Position numbers and translations under genes: made by a program | Sequence record: SRR20825006_742 | Strand: one strand, 5' to 3' | DNA: 32,434 nt | The notes under the pieces: generated by a model | The model's database searches: none | What the model was told of the DNA's origin: nothing | The model's input: the letters and a program-made list of their open reading frames with translations, nothing else | Shown here: in pieces, positions 1 through 9,221 of the stretch | How positions within the stretch are numbered: position 1 is the stretch's first letter | How the letters are laid out: the number at the start of each line of letters is the position of its first letter

Positions 1-168
1 CGCATAGAGTTTACCTGATTTCACTACAGCCGAACTGTACTTGCTTTCTGTTGCACTGGTCCTCGCCTCACGGCGGACGGGCGTTACCCGCTATGCCGCA
101 CTATGGTGTCCGGACTTTCCTCTTCAAGTTTGGTCGCCCATACTTGCAGCGATAAGGTGGCCTGCTGA
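1..168 (-). ncRNA. rnpB: RNase P RNA, 5' portion (continues past the window start)
   Basis: Reverse complement reads ...TCGCTG...GAGGAAAGTCCGGACACCATAG...GGGTAACGCCC...AGTGCAACAGAAAG...GGTAAACTC, the conserved bacterial RNase P RNA motifs. The 5' end is estimated from the adjacent promoter. Confidence 0.95.
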
Positions 169-171
169 GCG

Positions 172-179
172 CAAAGGTA
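172..179 (-). promoter_or_regulatory. Bacteroidota housekeeping -7 promoter element (TACCTTTG) for rnpB
   Basis: Matches TAnnTTTG a few nt upstream of the rnpB 5' end. Confidence 0.75.
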
Positions 180-244
180 ATCCAATTGTTAATAAAAAAA
201 GTGGTAACTCCCATATTGGGTTCAACTTTGGCCAATGCTATTTT

Positions 245-252
245 TATATTTG
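245..252 (+). promoter_or_regulatory. -7 promoter element (TATATTTG) for dnaX
   Basis: TAnnTTTG 24 nt upstream of the TTG at 277; divergent from the rnpB promoter. Confidence 0.6.
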
Positions 253-276
253 TATGAAATCTATTTTTTCAGCGTA

Positions 277-2064
277 TTGGAACCCTTTATTGTATCAGCA
301 AGAAAATATAGACCCCAAACATTCAAGGATGTTGTGGGACAATCCTCCATTACCAATACGTTGCTGAATGCCATTGAGAACAATCACTTGGCACAGGCCT
401 TATTGTTCTGCGGACCAAGAGGTGTCGGAAAAACTACCTGCGCACGTATCTTGGCAAAAAAAATCAATCAAGACGGAACAGAACGGGAGGACGAGGATTT
501 TGCTTTCAATATTTTTGAGCTGGATGCCGCTTCCAATAACTCCGTGGATGATATCCGTAGTTTGATTGACCAAGTACGCATTCCTCCACAAACAGGAAAG
601 TACAAGGTTTACATCATCGACGAGGTCCATATGCTCTCGCAATCGGCATTCAATGCCTTTTTGAAGACGCTGGAGGAGCCGCCAAAACACGCCATTTTTA
701 TTTTGGCTACAACGGAAAAGCACAAAATTATCCCGACCATACTCTCCAGATGTCAAATTTTTGATTTCAAAAGAATAACGGTAAAGGATGCCTCGGAATA
801 TCTGAAGTACATAGCCGAACAGCAAGGCATACAAGCCGAGGAAAGTGCATTGCACATTATTGCCCAAAAGGCGGATGGCGCCATGCGGGATGCTTTGTCC
901 ATTTTTGATCGTGTAGTGAGCTTCTCGGGAAAAGAATTGACCAGAAAGGCCGTAACGGAAAACCTCAACGTTCTAGATTACGACATTTATTTTTCTGCAA
1001 CCGATTTGATTCTTGAGAACAATATTCCTGAACTATTGCTCTTGTTCAACAAAACACTCTCACTTGGTTTTGACGGCCACCACTTTATCACGGGGCTGGC
1101 TTCCCACTTTAGGGATTTAATGGTTTGCCAGCATCCTGATACCTTAAACTTGCTTGAGGTCGGAGAGGATGTGGCAAAACACTACCAAGAGCAAGCCAAA
1201 AAGACTTCGAAACAGTTCTTGTTAAAAGCCATTGATATGGCCAACGATTGTGACCTGCAATACAAGAGCAGTAAAAATCAACGGCTCCTTGTAGAGCTCA
1301 CCCTCATGAAATTAGCGTCCATCACCTATGATGGAGAAAAAAAAAACTCTAGTTTCATAATCCCAGCATCCTTTTTCAAAGAAAAAAATATCAATACGAA
1401 CGGAACCAAAGCCCCAGAACACAAGGGTGTAGAAACCGTGCAAACTACATCTCAGATTGAGGAAAAAAAGGGAACAATACCCTCGGCAACGAAACCAACG
1501 CCCGCTGATGAGGTTTCAACTCCTAAAGAAGAAATTGAAAAAGAGCTGATCAGTGAACCTAAGGAACCTTATCAACCTAAAAAAATACAAATCAAGGGGT
1601 CCGAAAAAAGGGTTTCAGGGCTATCGTTGTCCAGTATCAAGGTGAAAAGGGCACATGAGAATACCAAATCCCCGAATATCGACGAAAAAGACCTTCCCAA
1701 AGATGCTTTTGAAGAATCGGAAATGCAGCAGCATTGGGATGATTTTGTACATGAACTGGAAAGACAGGGAAGGAAAATATTGGCCAGTAACCTTCAAACA
1801 GATGTTCCAAAGCTTAAAAACGACCATGTAATTTGGATTGAGTTGCCGAACGGCACCATGAAAAAAGAGATTGAACGGGAACAAAGTCTAATGCTGGACT
1901 ACCTCAAACAAAAACTGAACAACTATTCCATTTCCCTTTACATAACCGTAAATGAGGAGATCGCCAAAAAGTTCGCTTTTACTCCAGAGGAAAAGTATGA
2001 GAAATTGAAAGAAAAGAACCCGAATATCGAGCTCCTGCGCAAGGAGTTTGACCTGGATTTTTAA
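277..2064 (+). CDS. dnaX: DNA polymerase III subunit gamma/tau (595 aa from TTG 277)
   Basis: SARKYRPQTF, Walker A GPRGVGKTT, ELDAASN, IIDEVHMLS, LKTLEEPP, SRC motif. Start moved from 235 to TTG 277 (MEPFIVSARKY) because the promoter element lies inside the upstream extension. Confidence 0.95.
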   Translation: MEPFIVSARKYRPQTFKDVVGQSSITNTLLNAIENNHLAQALLFCGPRGVGKTTCARILAKKINQDGTEREDEDFAFNIFELDAASNNSVDDIRSLIDQVRIPPQTGKYKVYIIDEVHMLSQSAFNAFLKTLEEPPKHAIFILATTEKHKIIPTILSRCQIFDFKRITVKDASEYLKYIAEQQGIQAEESALHIIAQKADGAMRDALSIFDRVVSFSGKELTRKAVTENLNVLDYDIYFSATDLILENNIPELLLLFNKTLSLGFDGHHFITGLASHFRDLMVCQHPDTLNLLEVGEDVAKHYQEQAKKTSKQFLLKAIDMANDCDLQYKSSKNQRLLVELTLMKLASITYDGEKKNSSFIIPASFFKEKNINTNGTKAPEHKGVETVQTTSQIEEKKGTIPSATKPTPADEVSTPKEEIEKELISEPKEPYQPKKIQIKGSEKRVSGLSLSSIKVKRAHENTKSPNIDEKDLPKDAFEESEMQQHWDDFVHELERQGRKILASNLQTDVPKLKNDHVIWIELPNGTMKKEIEREQSLMLDYLKQKLNNYSISLYITVNEEIAKKFAFTPEEKYEKLKEKNPNIELLRKEFDLDF

Positions 2065-2082
2065 GATCCCGTTCTTTCCAGT

Positions 2083-2090
2083 TATCTTTG
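2083..2090 (+). promoter_or_regulatory. -7 promoter element (TATCTTTG) for miaE
   Basis: TAnnTTTG 27 nt upstream of the ATG at 2118. Confidence 0.65.
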
Positions 2091-2117
2091 CACCCATAAT
2101 ATCAAAAAAATATATTC

Positions 2118-2699
2118 ATGCTAGGCCTAAAGCTTCCAACGGACCCAAGATGGGTAAACATTGTAGAAAAGAATATTGAGGAAATTTTGACCGATCATGC
2201 CTATTGCGAACAGAAGGCCGCCAGCACTGCCATTTCATTGATAATCGGTTTTCCTGAAAAATCAGAGCTGGTCAAAGAAATGACTGCCCTGGCCCGTGAA
2301 GAAATGGGTCACTTTAACATGGTCCATGATAAAATTTTGAAACGCGGATGGGTCTTGGGCCGCGAACGCAAGGATGAATATGTAATCCAACTGATGAAAT
2401 TTTTCCCTAAAGGTGGAAGTAGGGATACACATTTGGTTCACAAACTTTTATACGCCGCTTTGATTGAGGCCAGAAGCTGCGAACGCTTTAGATTACTCTC
2501 CGAAGAAATAGCCGATGAAGAACTGTCCGAATTTTACCGGAACCTAATGGTAAGCGAAGCCAATCATTATACCATGTTCCTAAAATTTGCACGGAAATAC
2601 GGCAATACGGAAGAGGTAAACCAAAAATGGGAAGACCTCTTGGAATATGAGGCCCAACTCATGAGGGACCTTGGCAAAAAGGAAACCATGCACGGTTAA
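2118..2699 (+). CDS. miaE: tRNA-(ms2io6A37) hydroxylase MiaE family (di-iron ferritin-like)
   Basis: DHAYCEQKAA, REEMGHF, ALIEARSCERF and SEANHY motifs. Confidence 0.9.
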   Translation: MLGLKLPTDPRWVNIVEKNIEEILTDHAYCEQKAASTAISLIIGFPEKSELVKEMTALAREEMGHFNMVHDKILKRGWVLGRERKDEYVIQLMKFFPKGGSRDTHLVHKLLYAALIEARSCERFRLLSEEIADEELSEFYRNLMVSEANHYTMFLKFARKYGNTEEVNQKWEDLLEYEAQLMRDLGKKETMHG

Positions 2700-2716
2700 G
2701 CCGAGTCATAGTTCAT

Positions 2717-4792
2717 CTAATTTTCCAATTTCTTCTTATAATAATCATACATTTCAAATTGCGACCTTAGTTCGGGTTGCCCTTTCAACTTTTTCCTGTA
2801 GGCGTTGTCCTGCTTTTCGGAAAATATCCTTGCCTTGGAATTATCCTTCCACGATATCTCAAACGTATCGAGCAGTTCTTGTCTAATATCCGGGTCGTAA
2901 ATGGGACAGCCAACCTCTACCCTAAAATCGAGATTACGTGTCATCCAATCCGCTGAAGAAATATAGATTTTTGGGTCTCCATCATTACCAAAAATGAACA
3001 GTCTGGGGTGTTCCAAAAACTTATCCACTATACTAATGGCCTCAATATTTTCGCTCATGCCCTCAACTCCGGGAATCAGACAGCAAATACCCCGAACGAT
3101 CATTTTAATCTTTACTCCCGCTCTACTGGCCTCGTACAACTTATCCACCATTTTATAGGAAGTAAGGCTGTTCATCTTTATTTTGATGTAAGCCTCTTTG
3201 CCTGCTTTGGCCAATGCGATCTCTTTATCGATCAACTTGGTAAAAGTCGATTTGGTATAATGTGGGGAAACAATCAGGTGCTTATACTTATTGATTTTAT
3301 AGTTGGTCTCAAAAAATCCGAACACTTTGCTCATATCCTTAAGAATACCCTGATGAGCCGTAAATAAGGTATAATCGGTATAGATTTTCGCCGTTGACTC
3401 ATTGAAGTTACCGGTACTGATGAACCCATAACGCTTGATACCTTCTTCCTCTTCCCGTTCCACCAAGCAGATTTTACTGTGGACCTTGAGACCGGGCACA
3501 CCAAAAATTAGGTTTACGCCTTCATCTTGCAAGTAATTGGCATACTCAATGTTGTTCTGTTCATCAAAGCGAGCTTGCAACTCAATCTGTACGGTAACCT
3601 GCTTACCGTTCTTTACGGCATTTACCAAAGCGGACGCAATCTGGCTGTCGCTTGCCAATCGATAAATTGTAATCTGTATTCTACGAACTTTTGGGTCCAA
3701 AGCGGCCTCTCGCAGAAACTTGGTCACATAACTGAAGGTATGATAAGGCGCATAGATCACATAATCTTTGTGGGCGATCATATCCAACAAACTACCCTTC
3801 ATGCTGAGTCCTTTCACAGGAAGTGGCTCAATTTTATCGTACATAAGGTCATGTCTCCCCAAGCTCGGGAAGCCCATGTAATCCCTTCTATTATGATAAC
3901 GACCACCAGGAATCACACTATCCGTGCCCATAATGTCCATTTTTTCCTTTAGGAACTGTAACGTATCCTTATCGATGCTTTTATCGTATACAAAGCGTAC
4001 AGGATCACTTATTTTTCTGTGCTCCACACTGGAAGATATTTTCTCGATGAAACTCTTGCTCAAATCGTTATCGATATCCAGTTCTGCATCCCTTGTTATC
4101 TTGATCATGTGGGCGGAAATGGATTCGAAATCGAACATGGTAAATACACTGTCCAGACAAAAGCGAATCAAATCATCCAACATGATCACGTAGTCCTTAT
4201 CCCCTTCTTTGGGCAATACAACGAAACGGTCGATACCTTTGGGAATCTCGATCAATGCATATCGGTTGTGCTTTTTTCGGGCGGTTCCGTTTTTCATCAC
4301 CACTTTAACGGCCAAATAGGCTGCTGTGTCCTTTAGAAGAGGAAACTCGGTAAGGTCGTTCAGTATGATGGTCATCAACTCCTGGTTCACCTTTTTAAAG
4401 AAATAGTCCCGAATAAACTCGGCCTGACTTTCATTTACCTCGGTCTCCCTGATGATGAAAATATTCTTTTCCCGCAGCTCCTTATCTATCTGTTTAAAAA
4501 TTTCAAGGCTACGTGTCTGCTGGTTGATTACAATTTTGGTGATTTCCTCCAAAAGATCCTTGGCCCTTTCACCTCCCAAAACACTTTTACCCGTTTTTCC
4601 AGCATCTACAATCCGCTTTACCGTTGCGTACCTTACTTTAAAAAACTCATCCAGGTTATTACTGAAAATCCCTAAAAAGCGAAGTCGGTCTATCAGTGGG
4701 ACTCGAGGGTCCTTGCTCTCTTGCAACACCCTTGCATTAAAATGTAACCAACTGATTTCCCGATTTATATATTCGTTCTTTGTTTTAATCAT
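2717..4792 (-). CDS. ppk1: Polyphosphate kinase 1
   Basis: NREISWLHFNARVL, SNNLDEFF, QARFDE, LKVHSK, TGNFN, FLEHPR, SSADWMTRN. Confidence 0.97.
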   Translation of the reverse strand: MIKTKNEYINREISWLHFNARVLQESKDPRVPLIDRLRFLGIFSNNLDEFFKVRYATVKRIVDAGKTGKSVLGGERAKDLLEEITKIVINQQTRSLEIFKQIDKELREKNIFIIRETEVNESQAEFIRDYFFKKVNQELMTIILNDLTEFPLLKDTAAYLAVKVVMKNGTARKKHNRYALIEIPKGIDRFVVLPKEGDKDYVIMLDDLIRFCLDSVFTMFDFESISAHMIKITRDAELDIDNDLSKSFIEKISSSVEHRKISDPVRFVYDKSIDKDTLQFLKEKMDIMGTDSVIPGGRYHNRRDYMGFPSLGRHDLMYDKIEPLPVKGLSMKGSLLDMIAHKDYVIYAPYHTFSYVTKFLREAALDPKVRRIQITIYRLASDSQIASALVNAVKNGKQVTVQIELQARFDEQNNIEYANYLQDEGVNLIFGVPGLKVHSKICLVEREEEEGIKRYGFISTGNFNESTAKIYTDYTLFTAHQGILKDMSKVFGFFETNYKINKYKHLIVSPHYTKSTFTKLIDKEIALAKAGKEAYIKIKMNSLTSYKMVDKLYEASRAGVKIKMIVRGICCLIPGVEGMSENIEAISIVDKFLEHPRLFIFGNDGDPKIYISSADWMTRNLDFRVEVGCPIYDPDIRQELLDTFEISWKDNSKARIFSEKQDNAYRKKLKGQPELRSQFEMYDYYKKKLEN

Positions 4793-5281
4793 TTATTTCT
4801 TCAAGTGTTTTGGAAAGACCATTTGTTTAGTAGTTCCTTCTAATATTTTAGACCATTCATCCACACCAAATGTAATATGGACAAGTCCGGCAGTGGGAAC
4901 GTTCTCAATATACTGATCTCCCCAAGTATTTGCAAGCGAGGTGAAGGCATAATTATGCCCGAATATTGCAACGGTGGCCAAACTATTGTCGAGCTTTTTC
5001 ACAAATTGCTCTACACTATTGCCCGAAAAATCGTAAAGTGCATTGGTGACTTTATATTTTGAAAGATCAAATTCAAGGTTCCTCATAAAAATCATACTGG
5101 TGTGCAAGGCCCTATTGGCGGGACTGGAATATATAAAATCGATTGCAGGTGCATGTAGTCCAAAGGTCTTGGCAACCATGTGGGCGTCGTTAATGCCTCT
5201 TTCCTTTAATGGGCGGTCCTTGTCGGAGACATCGTAATCCCAGGAGGACTTTCCGTGCCTCATCAATATAATTTGTTTCAT
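4793..5281 (-). CDS. sixA: SixA-family histidine phosphatase
   Basis: MRHGKS, SSPANRA and FGHN motifs. Start taken at MKQIILMRHG (5281). The stop abuts the ppk1 ATG. Confidence 0.85.
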   Translation of the reverse strand: MKQIILMRHGKSSWDYDVSDKDRPLKERGINDAHMVAKTFGLHAPAIDFIYSSPANRALHTSMIFMRNLEFDLSKYKVTNALYDFSGNSVEQFVKKLDNSLATVAIFGHNYAFTSLANTWGDQYIENVPTAGLVHITFGVDEWSKILEGTTKQMVFPKHLKK

Positions 5282-5292
5282 TGTTGTGGGTT

Positions 5293-5940
5293 TTATGGTG
5301 CCAATCGTTCTATTTTCCAATCGAAATCTTCTTGTAGGGAATATCTAATTCTATCATGCAACCTATTGGGGCGACCCTGCCAAAACTCAATGGAAATAGG
5401 TCTTATGAGATACCCTCCCCAATATTCAGGTCTGGGCACTTCTTTTCCATCATATTTTTGCTCAAGATTCTTCAACTTGTCCTCCAAATATTCACGGGAC
5501 GGCACCACTTGGCTCTGGTCCGAAACCACTGCTCCCAATTGGCTCCCATGCGGACGTGATTCAAAATAACCGTCCGAAAGATTTTCCGGGATTTTCTCTG
5601 CTTTACCTTTTATAATGACCTGACGTTCCATGTTGGGCCAAAAAAAAGATAGGCATACTGATGGGTTTGCCTCGATGGCCTTACCTTTTTCGCTGTGGTA
5701 ATTGGTGTAGAAAATAAAGCCTTCAAAAGTAAATTTTTTCATCAGGACCACCCTGTTTTTTGGGAAGCCGTCCAAACCTATGGTGGAAACCGTCATAGCA
5801 TTTGGCTCATCAACTCCATCTGAAGCCTCTGTCTCATAGAACCATTTTTGAAATTGTTCCATGGGGTTTTCCTTTACTGATACTTCGGTCAGTTCGCTTT
5901 TCTCGTAAGATTTCCTGTAATCGCCAAGGTCTTTTTGCAT
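5293..5940 (-). CDS. pdxH: Pyridoxine/pyridoxamine 5'-phosphate oxidase
   Basis: EPNAM, FYTNYHSEKG, YFESRP and EFWQGRPNRLHDR. Confidence 0.97.
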   Translation of the reverse strand: MQKDLGDYRKSYEKSELTEVSVKENPMEQFQKWFYETEASDGVDEPNAMTVSTIGLDGFPKNRVVLMKKFTFEGFIFYTNYHSEKGKAIEANPSVCLSFFWPNMERQVIIKGKAEKIPENLSDGYFESRPHGSQLGAVVSDQSQVVPSREYLEDKLKNLEQKYDGKEVPRPEYWGGYLIRPISIEFWQGRPNRLHDRIRYSLQEDFDWKIERLAP

Positions 5941-6006
5941 AATGTGAAGTTCGGCAAAAATAGGGTCACCTCAAAGCAACGGATTTGTAAAAGTTTTGTA
6001 ATTTTT

Positions 6007-6918
6007 TCAGACATCAAAATCGAACACCTTGCCATCGTCGGCCAATTCTACAACTGGAAAAACTTCTTGCGCCTCTTTTTTGAACAGTTCTATGGATTTG
6101 TAGCGCGTTGAATAGTGCCCGAGTATCAAAAGCTTTGCATTGGCCTTTTCTGCAATCAGTGCTGCCTGTTTGGATGTAGAGTGCTTTGTTTTCTCGCACA
6201 GATGTACCTCAGAATCTAAAAAAGTGGATTCGTGGTAAAGTACGGTCACATCTTTAATGATGGGCAAAACGGTTTCGTTGTAAATGGTATCGCTACAAAA
6301 AGCATAGCTTTTCGGTGCAGGAGGGGCCAAAGTGAGCTTTTTATTGGGTACTACTGTTCCGTAGCTATCGACACCATCAACCCCTTTTTTAATATTGTTG
6401 AACTGGCTCTTATCCACACCGAATTTTCTCGCTGCTTCGATATCCAAGGTTCGGGGAGCCTCCTTTTCCTCAAACAAAAAACCATTGGTATAGACCCTAT
6501 GGATCAACGGAACCGTTCTTACCGTAACCTTATCATCTTCAAAAATGAGTTCAGACCCTTTTGATTCCAACTCATGGAAGATCAAGGGGTAGTTGGTCCA
6601 TGAATCGCCCAATTTCAAAAATAATGTGATGGCCTGTTTGATTCCCTTTGGACCATAAATATGGAGTTCTTTGTCCCTACCCAACAATCTAAAAGTTGAT
6701 ATGAGCCCTGGAAGCCCAAAAAAATGGTCTCCATGGAGATGGGAAATAAAAATGTGGTTAATTCTGGAAAACTTGACCCTATACTTTCTAAGTTGCACTT
6801 GGGTCCCTTCACCGCAATCAATCAAAAAAAGATGGTTCTTTATTTCAAGTACCTGGGAAGTGGGATTGGTAAATGTTCGTGGTGTAGCGGCATAGCAACC
6901 TAGTACTGTTAGTTTCAC
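6007..6918 (-). CDS. rnz: Ribonuclease Z (GTG start)
   Basis: DCGEGTQ, HLHGDH metallo-beta-lactamase motif, HESTF, HST, GHYSTRY. Confidence 0.95.
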   Translation of the reverse strand: MKLTVLGCYAATPRTFTNPTSQVLEIKNHLFLIDCGEGTQVQLRKYRVKFSRINHIFISHLHGDHFFGLPGLISTFRLLGRDKELHIYGPKGIKQAITLFLKLGDSWTNYPLIFHELESKGSELIFEDDKVTVRTVPLIHRVYTNGFLFEEKEAPRTLDIEAARKFGVDKSQFNNIKKGVDGVDSYGTVVPNKKLTLAPPAPKSYAFCSDTIYNETVLPIIKDVTVLYHESTFLDSEVHLCEKTKHSTSKQAALIAEKANAKLLILGHYSTRYKSIELFKKEAQEVFPVVELADDGKVFDFDV

Positions 6919-6923
6919 TAATG

Positions 6924-6951
6924 ATAAATTTAAAATGGAAAGTTGAAAATT
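6924..6951 (+). repeat. Four tandem degenerate heptamers, left arm flanking the four-helix-bundle gene
   Basis: ATAAATT TAAAATG GAAAGTT GAAAATT; inverted relative to 7329-7356. Confidence 0.6.
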
Positions 6952-6955
6952 CCCA

Positions 6956-7330
6956 TTATGTTTTCGAATAATTCAACTTTGAAGACTTTACTATAGAAGC
7001 CAATAATCGAATTATTTGTTGTATTTCGTCATCAACCTTGGTAAAATCCAAGCTTCCGATTGAATTTGATTCTCTCAAAAGGTCCAACCAATACCTAGTT
7101 TCATTGGCCTCCTTTAAGGAAATAGACATTTTATGTATAAAATCCTTTTTACTCTCCGCATGTTCGGCCTCTCTAACCAATGCCCCGATTGCAGTGCCCG
7201 ACCTCAATAACTGTCTTGATAATACAAACTCCTTCTGCTCTTTTTCCAAGTACTTGGTAATCCGTATTATTTCCAAAGCAAAATCAAAACTCTTGGTATA
7301 TATGATATTTTGACCTGCCAAACTAAACAA
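6956..7330 (-). CDS. Four helix bundle protein (23S rRNA intervening-sequence protein family, TIGR02436-like)
   Basis: KSFDFAL, LSRQLLRSGTAIGALVREA, SKKDFIHKMSISLKEANETRYWL. The start is a TTG at 7330 or 7321. Confidence 0.9.
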   Translation of the reverse strand: MFSLAGQNIIYTKSFDFALEIIRITKYLEKEQKEFVLSRQLLRSGTAIGALVREAEHAESKKDFIHKMSISLKEANETRYWLDLLRESNSIGSLDFTKVDDEIQQIIRLLASIVKSSKLNYSKT

Positions 7331-7356
7331 TTTTTAATTTTGCACTTTTAACTTTC
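7329..7356 (-). repeat. Four tandem degenerate heptamers, right arm flanking the four-helix-bundle gene
   Basis: Minus strand reads GAAAGTT AAAAGTG CAAAATT AAAAATT. Confidence 0.6.
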
Positions 7357-7687
7357 AAATTCCTAGATCGCGTTCAATTTCCTCCATTTCGATAAGGTCC
7401 TTGGCCTCTTGCAGGGTAGGCACCACACTGATTTCGTCGGGAACTTCATCATAACTTAACTTATCGGTCACCAAAACAAAGGATTGCCCACCAGCTTTAT
7501 GAGTGTTGGAAAGGTCTAAAAACTCCAAGATATCGTTGACCTTCAGTTTGTCAAATGAAAAAAGGTTGATGACAATGTTGTCGTGCTTTATTTTGGGATA
7601 AGCCTTATTGAGGTTCTCCAAAAATCCAGATAATGTGGTTTTTTCCTGAAAAACAATGGTTGTTGTCCCGTCTTTGTCGAAAATCAT
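7355..7687 (-). CDS. Conserved Flavobacteriaceae small protein, probable STAS-like fold
   Basis: 110 aa alpha/beta pattern with C-terminal VVPTLQEAKDLIEMEEIERDLG; start 1 nt after the pyrB stop; no HxHxDH motif. Confidence 0.65.
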   Translation of the reverse strand: MIFDKDGTTTIVFQEKTTLSGFLENLNKAYPKIKHDNIVINLFSFDKLKVNDILEFLDLSNTHKAGGQSFVLVTDKLSYDEVPDEISVVPTLQEAKDLIEMEEIERDLGI

Positions 7688-7688
7688 G

Positions 7689-8615
7689 TTACTTAATTTT
7701 TGATGCCAATAGGTAAAGTACGGCCATTCGCACGGCCACTCCGTTTTCCACTTGGTGCAGAATTATGGACTGGTCGGAATCGGCCACATCACTTGTAATT
7801 TCAACACCTCGGTTGATAGGGCCCGGGTGCATGATCACAATTTGTTTGTCCAGACTGTTCAGCAGTTCCTTGTTGACCCCGAATTGTTGGGTATACTCAC
7901 GAGTGGACGGAAAATAGCTGATATCCATCCGCTCGTTCTGTACGCGGAGCATATTGGCCACATCGCACCACTCCAACGCTTTTCTTAGGTTCGTTTCAAC
8001 TCCAACGCCCAAGGATTCAATATGCTTGGGAATAAGGGTTTTTGGACCGCAGACTTTTACGTTGGCTCCTTGCAATTTAAGTGCAAAAATATTGGAAAGT
8101 GCCACTCGGGAATGCAGTATATCCCCAACAATAACCACATTTTTTCCACCTACATCGCCCAGCTTTTCCCGGATGGAAAAGGAGTCCAATAATGCCTGTG
8201 TCGGGTGTTCGTGAGCACCATCGCCTGCATTTACAATAGATGCCTTCACGTGTTGGGACAAGAAGATTCCAGCTCCAGGATTGGGATGTCGCATCACCAC
8301 CATATCCACCTTCATGGACAGGATATTGTTCACGGTATCGATAAGGGTCTCTCCCTTCTTCACGGAAGATTGCCCTGCCGAAAAGTTCACCACATCGGCA
8401 GAAAGCCGTTTTTCCGCGAGTTCAAAAGAGAGTTTTGTACGGGTACTGTTCTCAAAAAAGATATTGGCTATGGTAATATCTCGAAGGGTGGGCACTTTTT
8501 TAATGGAACGGTTGATCACTTCTTTAAAATGGTCTGCCGTTTCAAAAATGAGCGATATATCCTTTTTGTTCAGATACTTAATTCCTAACAAGTGATTTAC
8601 ACTTAACTCGCTCAT
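7689..8615 (-). CDS. pyrB: Aspartate carbamoyltransferase catalytic subunit
   Basis: FFENSTRT, SSVKKGETL, HEHPTQALLD, GDILHSRVA, MHPGPINRGVEI. Confidence 0.97.
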   Translation of the reverse strand: MSELSVNHLLGIKYLNKKDISLIFETADHFKEVINRSIKKVPTLRDITIANIFFENSTRTKLSFELAEKRLSADVVNFSAGQSSVKKGETLIDTVNNILSMKVDMVVMRHPNPGAGIFLSQHVKASIVNAGDGAHEHPTQALLDSFSIREKLGDVGGKNVVIVGDILHSRVALSNIFALKLQGANVKVCGPKTLIPKHIESLGVGVETNLRKALEWCDVANMLRVQNERMDISYFPSTREYTQQFGVNKELLNSLDKQIVIMHPGPINRGVEITSDVADSDQSIILHQVENGVAVRMAVLYLLASKIK

Positions 8616-8621
8616 TTTCTA

Positions 8622-9158
8622 TTATTTGCTTACTAAATATACTTTATCTTCACCGTCGTTTTCTTCCCACATCACCTTGACTTTTTCCTCGTTTATGGCA
8701 TCTACCTGTCTACCACGGTAAGTAGGCTGTATGGGCAAGTGTCGACTAAATCGCCTATCAATCAAGGTCAAGAGTTCTATATTGCTCGGTCTTCCAAAGG
8801 ATTGGATGGCCGTAAGGGCCGACCTAATGCTTCTTCCCGTATAGAGGACATCATCAATAAACACCACTTTTTTATCTTCCACCAAAAAATTCATCTGTGT
8901 GGAGTTGGCCTTGAGGATTTCCCCTCGTCCAAAATCGTCTCTAAAAAAAGTGATGTCCAAGAAACCAAGGTCTATATGTTTGATCTTGTATTCCTTTTTG
9001 AGAATCTTTACCAATCGTTCAGCCAAAAAAACACCTCTGGGTTGAATACCGATCAATGCGGTATCGGTAAAATCCAAATGATTTTCCATTAGTTGACAGG
9101 CCAACCGGTGCAGTATGATGTTGATTTCCTTTGAAGTAAGCAGAACTTTTTGACTCAT
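8622..9158 (-). CDS. pyrR: PyrR/uracil phosphoribosyltransferase
   Basis: LDITFFRDD, PRPP-binding VFIDDVLYTGRS, LIDRRFSRHLPIQ; directly upstream of pyrB. Confidence 0.93.
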   Translation of the reverse strand: MSQKVLLTSKEINIILHRLACQLMENHLDFTDTALIGIQPRGVFLAERLVKILKKEYKIKHIDLGFLDITFFRDDFGRGEILKANSTQMNFLVEDKKVVFIDDVLYTGRSIRSALTAIQSFGRPSNIELLTLIDRRFSRHLPIQPTYRGRQVDAINEEKVKVMWEENDGEDKVYLVSK

Positions 9159-9187
9159 ATGCTATGTGCGACCAACTCGGTTGAATA

Positions 9188-9195
9188 CAAAAGTA
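9188..9195 (-). promoter_or_regulatory. -7 promoter element (TACTTTTG) for the pyrR operon
   Basis: TAnnTTTG 29 nt upstream of the pyrR ATG and downstream of the rpsA terminator. Confidence 0.65.
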
Positions 9196-9221
9196 AGGAA
9201 TTCTTTAAATTTTCGGGACAT

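Noticed and set aside
235-276. N-terminal extension of dnaX in the ORF track
   Set aside because: It contains the promoter element; the conserved DnaX sequence begins at TTG 277.
41-367. 108-aa plus-strand ORF, including a possible uORF from ATG 254
   Set aside because: It is antisense to rnpB and out of frame over dnaX. ATG 254 is only 1 nt after the -7 element, so it probably lies upstream of the TSS.
6956-7330. Diversity-generating retroelement or rRNA intervening sequence
   Set aside because: No reverse transcriptase, template/variable repeat pair or rRNA gene is present in the window.
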